Both the position numbers and the translations under genes were made by a program. A stretch of DNA of 64,000 nucleotides from an uncultured Actinomycetes bacterium. GTDB taxonomy: Bacteria; Actinomycetota; UBA4738; HRBIN12. The notes beneath the pieces are model-generated. The model did no database searches. It had not been told where the DNA came from and saw only the letters and a program-made list of their open reading frames with translations. The DNA lies in assembly GCA_963790335.1 (NCBI GenBank), contig CAWBOB010000003.1, positions 33,825-97,824 on the forward strand, given 5' to 3'. Shown piece by piece: positions 59,812 through 64,000 of the stretch. How positions within the stretch are numbered: the stretch's first letter is position 1; the number at the start of each line of letters is the position of its first letter.

Positions 59812-61612
59812 AGGATCGAGTACGTGAACAGACGCCATGAGCGATCCGAGCCGGTGCTCTCGGTACCGGAGTCGGAGTCGGTTCGCCGCCACAGGAGCAG
59901 CGCCCGGTAGACGAACACGCCGCCGAGCACGACTGCGGTCACGGTGTAGATGGGTCCCATGTTGGCGACCGGCGCGAGCAGCAACGTCGTCGCGAACAGC
60001 ACGAGCGCGTAGAGGAAGATCTGCCGCTTCGTCTCCTGGCTGCCCTTGACCACAGGCAGCATCGGCACGCCCGCGGCCGCGTAGTCACCGCTGAATCGGA
60101 GCGAGAGCGCCCAGAAGTGCGGCGGCGTCCAGACGAACACGATCGCGAACAGGATCCACGCCGGAAGCGCGAGCGAGCCGGTGACCGCGGCCCAGCCGAT
60201 GAGCGCGGGAGCGGCGCCGGCGGCACCACCGATCACGATGTTCTGCGTCGTCGATCGCTTCAGCCACATCGTGTAGATCACGACGTAGAACGCGATCGCG
60301 GCGAGCGCGAGGGTGGCAGCCAGCATGTTGACCGTCACCGTCAGGAACAGGAACGAGAACGCTCCCAGCCAGAATCCGAACGCGAGCGCTCGCTCCGGGG
60401 CCACCTGATGCGCCGGCAGGGGGCGGCCGCGGGTGCGTCGCATCACCTCGTCGATGTCGCGGTCGAGGTACATGTTGATCGCGTTGGCCGCCCCGGCCGC
60501 GAGCGTTCCGCCGACGAGGGTCGCGAGCATGAGCCAGAGCGATGGCACGCCTCGCTCGGCGAGCATCATCGCGGGCACGGTCGTGATCAGCAGCAGCACG
60601 ATGATGCGTGGCTTCGTGAGCCGGTAGTACGCCGTGATCGTGTCACGTATCGCGACCGGTTCCTCCTCAACACCCTCGTGGGCCGCCTCCGAGAGGTCCC
60701 CGCGCTCGGTCGAGACCGGTTCCCGACGGGCGACCACGGCGAGCGCCACCACCACCGCCCAGATCGCCGCCGACATGCCGACGTGCAGGGCGCGGGGCCA
60801 GACGGCGAGGTCGGTGATGACGTTGATGCCCCCGACCAGGATCTGCGAGACGAACAGGATCCCTGCGGCGGACGACAGGCGGATCACCCCGGTCGACCGC
60901 TGGGCCATCGTGCGGGCCCGCACGACCATCCAGAGCACCAGGGCGGCCACCGCGATCGCGAGGAGCCGGTGGGCGAACATCTCCGCCGCGCCGGGCGAGT
61001 CGAAGCTCGGAACGAGGCGTCCTTCCATGAGCGGCCAGTCGCGGAACGCGAGGCCGGCCCCCTCGGCTCGTACGTAGGTGCCGACCAGCAGCAAGGCGAA
61101 CGTGGCGAACGCGGTCGTGAGCGCGAGCCACGCGTAGGCCCTCTCGCCCGCGGGTCGGGCCGGCAGGAAGCTCAACGCCGTGACGGCGACGACCACGCCG
61201 AGCACGATCATCGCGAGGCCGAAGTGCAGGGTGATCACGGCCGGGTCGAGCGCGCTGTTCACGACTGCACCGCCGAGCGCGCCCTGCACGCCGAACAGCG
61301 GCACGAGCCAGATCGCGAGCACGACCGCTGTGTGTGGCGTCGCGCTCGGGCCGGCCACGGCGGACGTGCACGAAGCTCGATGATCCCGACCACGGCGAGC
61401 GCGACGGCGAGCAGCCCCGAGACCACTCCGAGCGCCCGGTGCACGTACTCGATGAGGGTGTGGTACTCCCAGCGCGGGATCCAGCGTCCGAAGCAGGTGG
61501 GCCAGTCGGGACACCCATCGCCCGATCCCGTCGCACGCACGACGCCGCCCCACACGATCAGCGTGAGCGTCGAGACCGTCGTGGAAACCGCCAGCTTCTG
61601 GAACCGGGTCAT
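59763..61612 (-). CDS. Heme A synthase-heme O synthase fusion (CtaA-CtaB); frameshift near 61340-61380
   Basis: GSGDGCPDWPTC, EYVHR, HF, HR (CtaA), continuing in frame into LTKPRII, DRDID..MRRT..RPL, NIVIGGAAG, WTPPHFWAL (CtaB). Confidence 0.9.
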
Positions 61613-61740
61613 CGAATCCTCGTGAGGGGTCGGCCGCCGATGAGACCGAGCGCGGCCCGTCCATGATAGTGGCGGCCTGCCGAGTCGGAGCCGCCGCGGT
61701 CCATGCGAGCGACCAGGTCGGCTGCGAGATACTTCCGGGC

Positions 61741-62649
61741 ATGACGGTGGATCGAGCCCTCGACGCCGATGCACTCGAGGCGGTGAAGATCGATGTCGAC
61801 GCCGTGCTGGTCGACTACCTCGAGGGTTGCGCGAGCGACCTCGGCCGTATCGACGAGCGGGCCCCGCTCCTGGTCCACGAGATCTCGCGGCTCGTTGCCG
61901 CCGGCGGCAAGCGACTGCGGCCCGCCTTCTGCATCTGGGCCTACCGCGCCGCCGGCTCACGTGGGGCGCCGGGCGACCCACGGCAGCCGATCGTGCGTGC
62001 TGGCGCGGCGCTCGAACTCTTGCACACGATGGCGTTGATCCACGACGACCTCATGGACTCGGCGACCGAGCGGCGGGGCGTCTCGGCCAGCTCGCCGCAC
62101 CTCGCCGGTGAGGCACTCGTGCACGGACTTCGGATCGATCCGGCCCGGTTCGGGGACGACGCAGCGCTGCTCACGGGGGACCTCGCCGCCGTGCTCGCCG
62201 ACCGACTCTTCCTGACGAGCGGGTTCGACCCGGCCGCGATCGTGCGGGCGCTCGGGCCGTATCACGAGATGCGGATCGACATGGCGGCCGGTCAGCTGCT
62301 CGACGTCGCCGGGCTCGCGAGCGAGCCCGACCTGGCCCGGCACGCCGCGCGCCTGAAGGGAGGCAGCTACACGGTCGAAGGGCCGCTGCTGGTGGGTGCT
62401 GCGCTCGCGGGCGATAACCCCGACCTCCGACAGGCATTCCGGGCGTTCGGTGGCCCGCTGGGCGAGGCCTTCCAGCTGCGTGACGACCTGACCGACGCGG
62501 ACGCGGCCCCCGGCTCGACCCGCGAAGCGGTGAACGAGCTGGTCGCGACGGCTCGTGCTGCGCTGAGGGCGGCGGCACGGCAGATCACCGTCGAAGCCGG
62601 GGCGGCGAGAGCGCTCGACACGCTTGCCGCTCAGGTGGCCATGACGTGA
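61741..62649 (+). CDS. Polyprenyl diphosphate synthase
   Basis: GGKRLRP, LIHDDLMD...RRG, GQLLD, FQLRDD. Confidence 0.9.
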   Translation: MTVDRALDADALEAVKIDVDAVLVDYLEGCASDLGRIDERAPLLVHEISRLVAAGGKRLRPAFCIWAYRAAGSRGAPGDPRQPIVRAGAALELLHTMALIHDDLMDSATERRGVSASSPHLAGEALVHGLRIDPARFGDDAALLTGDLAAVLADRLFLTSGFDPAAIVRALGPYHEMRIDMAAGQLLDVAGLASEPDLARHAARLKGGSYTVEGPLLVGAALAGDNPDLRQAFRAFGGPLGEAFQLRDDLTDADAAPGSTREAVNELVATARAALRAAARQITVEAGAARALDTLAAQVAMT

Positions 62650-62672
62650 GCTCGGCGCCAAGGGAGGGGGCC

Positions 62673-63104
62673 ATGAGCGACGACCTCGAAGGCCTGCGCC
62701 GAGCCTTCGCCGATGCGACCACCTGCCGCGTCGCCACCGTTCGTCCCGACGGCGGTCCCCACGTCGCCGCCAGGTGGTTCGTCTGGCGTGACGACGGCGT
62801 CTGGGTCTCGACGACGGTCGGCGATACCACCTGGACGTACGCGGGCCGCGACCCTCGGATCTCGGTGCTGATCGATCTCGGCCGAGACTGGACCGAGCTC
62901 GCAGGGGTGCGCATCGAGGGCGTCGCGGAGGCCTTCCCGGCCGAACACCCCGACCTTCGGGCGCCCATGTCGACCTGGCACGAGAAGTACCGGCAGATGT
63001 TCGCGCGCGACGGCTTCGAGCGGTTCACGCGCGACGTGCCGGCGCTCGGTTTCCTGCGGATCGTGCCCTCGCGTATCGACGCGTGGGACCACCGCTCGAG
63101 CTGA
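62673..63104 (+). CDS. Pyridoxamine 5'-phosphate oxidase family (split-barrel) protein
   Basis: VATVRPDGGPHV..WF, RDPRISVLID, GVRIEG, AWDH. Confidence 0.85.
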   Translation: MSDDLEGLRRAFADATTCRVATVRPDGGPHVAARWFVWRDDGVWVSTTVGDTTWTYAGRDPRISVLIDLGRDWTELAGVRIEGVAEAFPAEHPDLRAPMSTWHEKYRQMFARDGFERFTRDVPALGFLRIVPSRIDAWDHRSS

Positions 63105-63117
63105 TGTAGCCTGAGGA

Positions 63118-63135
63118 TTGTGAAAGTTTTCACAA
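63118..63135. promoter_or_regulatory. Rex operator (perfect consensus)
   Basis: TTGTGAA-AGTT-TTCACAA upstream of the geranylgeranyl reductase gene. Confidence 0.9.
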
Positions 63136-63190
63136 GCCTCGCCCGGTCGGCGTCACCCGATCCTCGGTCCGCGACGCGAGGCGACGCGAC

Positions 63191-64000
63191 GTGAAGGCCT
63201 CACCGACCGAGACCGATGTGCTCGTCGTGGGCGGCGGCCCCGGGGGCGCCGCCGCCGCCTACTACCTGGCTCGTCAGGGCATCGACGTCACCGTCGTGGA
63301 ACGGTCGTCGTTCCCCAGGGAGAAGGTCTGCGGAGACGGGCTGACCCCGCGAAGCGTCGCCTCCTTGCTGCGCATGGGCATCGACACCGACGACCCCGGT
63401 TTCGAGCGGGTCGTGGGCCTGCGCGTGCACTCCCGGAGCGCGACGATCGACCTTCCGTGGCCCGAGCTTTCCAGCTGGCCCGGATATGGGCTCGTGATGC
63501 CGCGGGCGGGGTTCGACCACCTGCTGATCCAGCGGGCGCAGAAGGCAGGGGCTCACGTGCTCGAGCGAACCGAGGCCGTCGAGCCGATCCTCGACGGCAA
63601 TTGGGTCACCGGCGCGCAGGTGCGCCCGGCCGACCAGCGTGATGCGGAGCCGACCGAGATCCGGGCTCGGTTCACGATCGCGGCCGACGGGGCGGCGAGC
63701 CGGTTCGCCAAGCCGGCGGGGGTCCGGCGCGATGACTCCCGTCCGCTCGGCATCGCGGCGCGCCGCTACTACCGCACGTCCTATCACCCCGGTCCCTGGT
63801 TCGAGTCGTGGCTCGACCTGTGGGAAGGCGACCTGCTCCTTCCGGGATACGGCTGGCTCTTCCCGGTGGCGGGAGGTCGGATCAACCTCGGTGCGGGGCT
63901 GCTCAACACGTTCAAGGATTTCAAGCAGATCTCGGCGCAACGGCTCTTCACGGCGTTCTCGAGCATGCTGCCCGCCGAGTGGGAGATCGCCGAGGACACG
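63191..64000 (+). CDS. Geranylgeranyl reductase family protein (MenJ-like), 3' truncated by window edge
   Basis: DVLVVGGGPGG, FPREKVCGDGLTPR, AADG, PGYGWLFP, NLGAG. Confidence 0.9.
   Translation, partial: MKASPTETDVLVVGGGPGGAAAAYYLARQGIDVTVVERSSFPREKVCGDGLTPRSVASLLRMGIDTDDPGFERVVGLRVHSRSATIDLPWPELSSWPGYGLVMPRAGFDHLLIQRAQKAGAHVLERTEAVEPILDGNWVTGAQVRPADQRDAEPTEIRARFTIAADGAASRFAKPAGVRRDDSRPLGIAARRYYRTSYHPGPWFESWLDLWEGDLLLPGYGWLFPVAGGRINLGAGLLNTFKDFKQISAQRLFTAFSSMLPAEWEIAEDT

Noticed and set aside
1-64000. About 20 frameshifted genes read as pseudogenes or programmed frameshifts
   Set aside because: They are scattered through unrelated and likely needed genes (resB, ctaF, ctaA), show no common slippery motif and little other decay. 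Long-read indel error is the simpler explanation.

Overview
High-GC (about 70% by eye) Actinomycetota chromosome segment. The gene set (glnA/glnR, mshA, bS22, rex, RsiG-like, caa3 oxidase, split b6-type cytochrome b) suggests a lineage outside the well-studied actinomycetes (inference). About 20 genes, including respiratory assembly genes, carry single-base frameshifts, most likely long-read assembly errors. Left to right: a small accessory region (VOC proteins, orphans, a lower-GC MspJI/AspBHI-like modification-dependent endonuclease); the glnA-glnR locus; sulfatase/cysH/sat; M23-RsiG-HD-GYP; mshA; proC; an amine/aldehyde catabolic operon; pyk, clpS, Clp1-like kinase, bS22; an ECF sigma/anti-sigma pair; rex; and a large respiratory cluster with Rex boxes (ferredoxin-containing Rieske/cyt b6 operon, System II cytochrome c biogenesis, caa3 oxidase with a triple-cupredoxin protein, CtaA-CtaB fusion, menJ-like). 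The most striking unexplained element is a protein-free transcription unit at 20410-20796: a consensus-like promoter, an approximately 275-nt multibranched RNA closed by a 13-bp 5'/3' helix and studded with GNRA/UUCG tetraloops, then a terminator. A second structured RNA candidate (1587-1731) forms the leader of a DUF4287/VOC operon.
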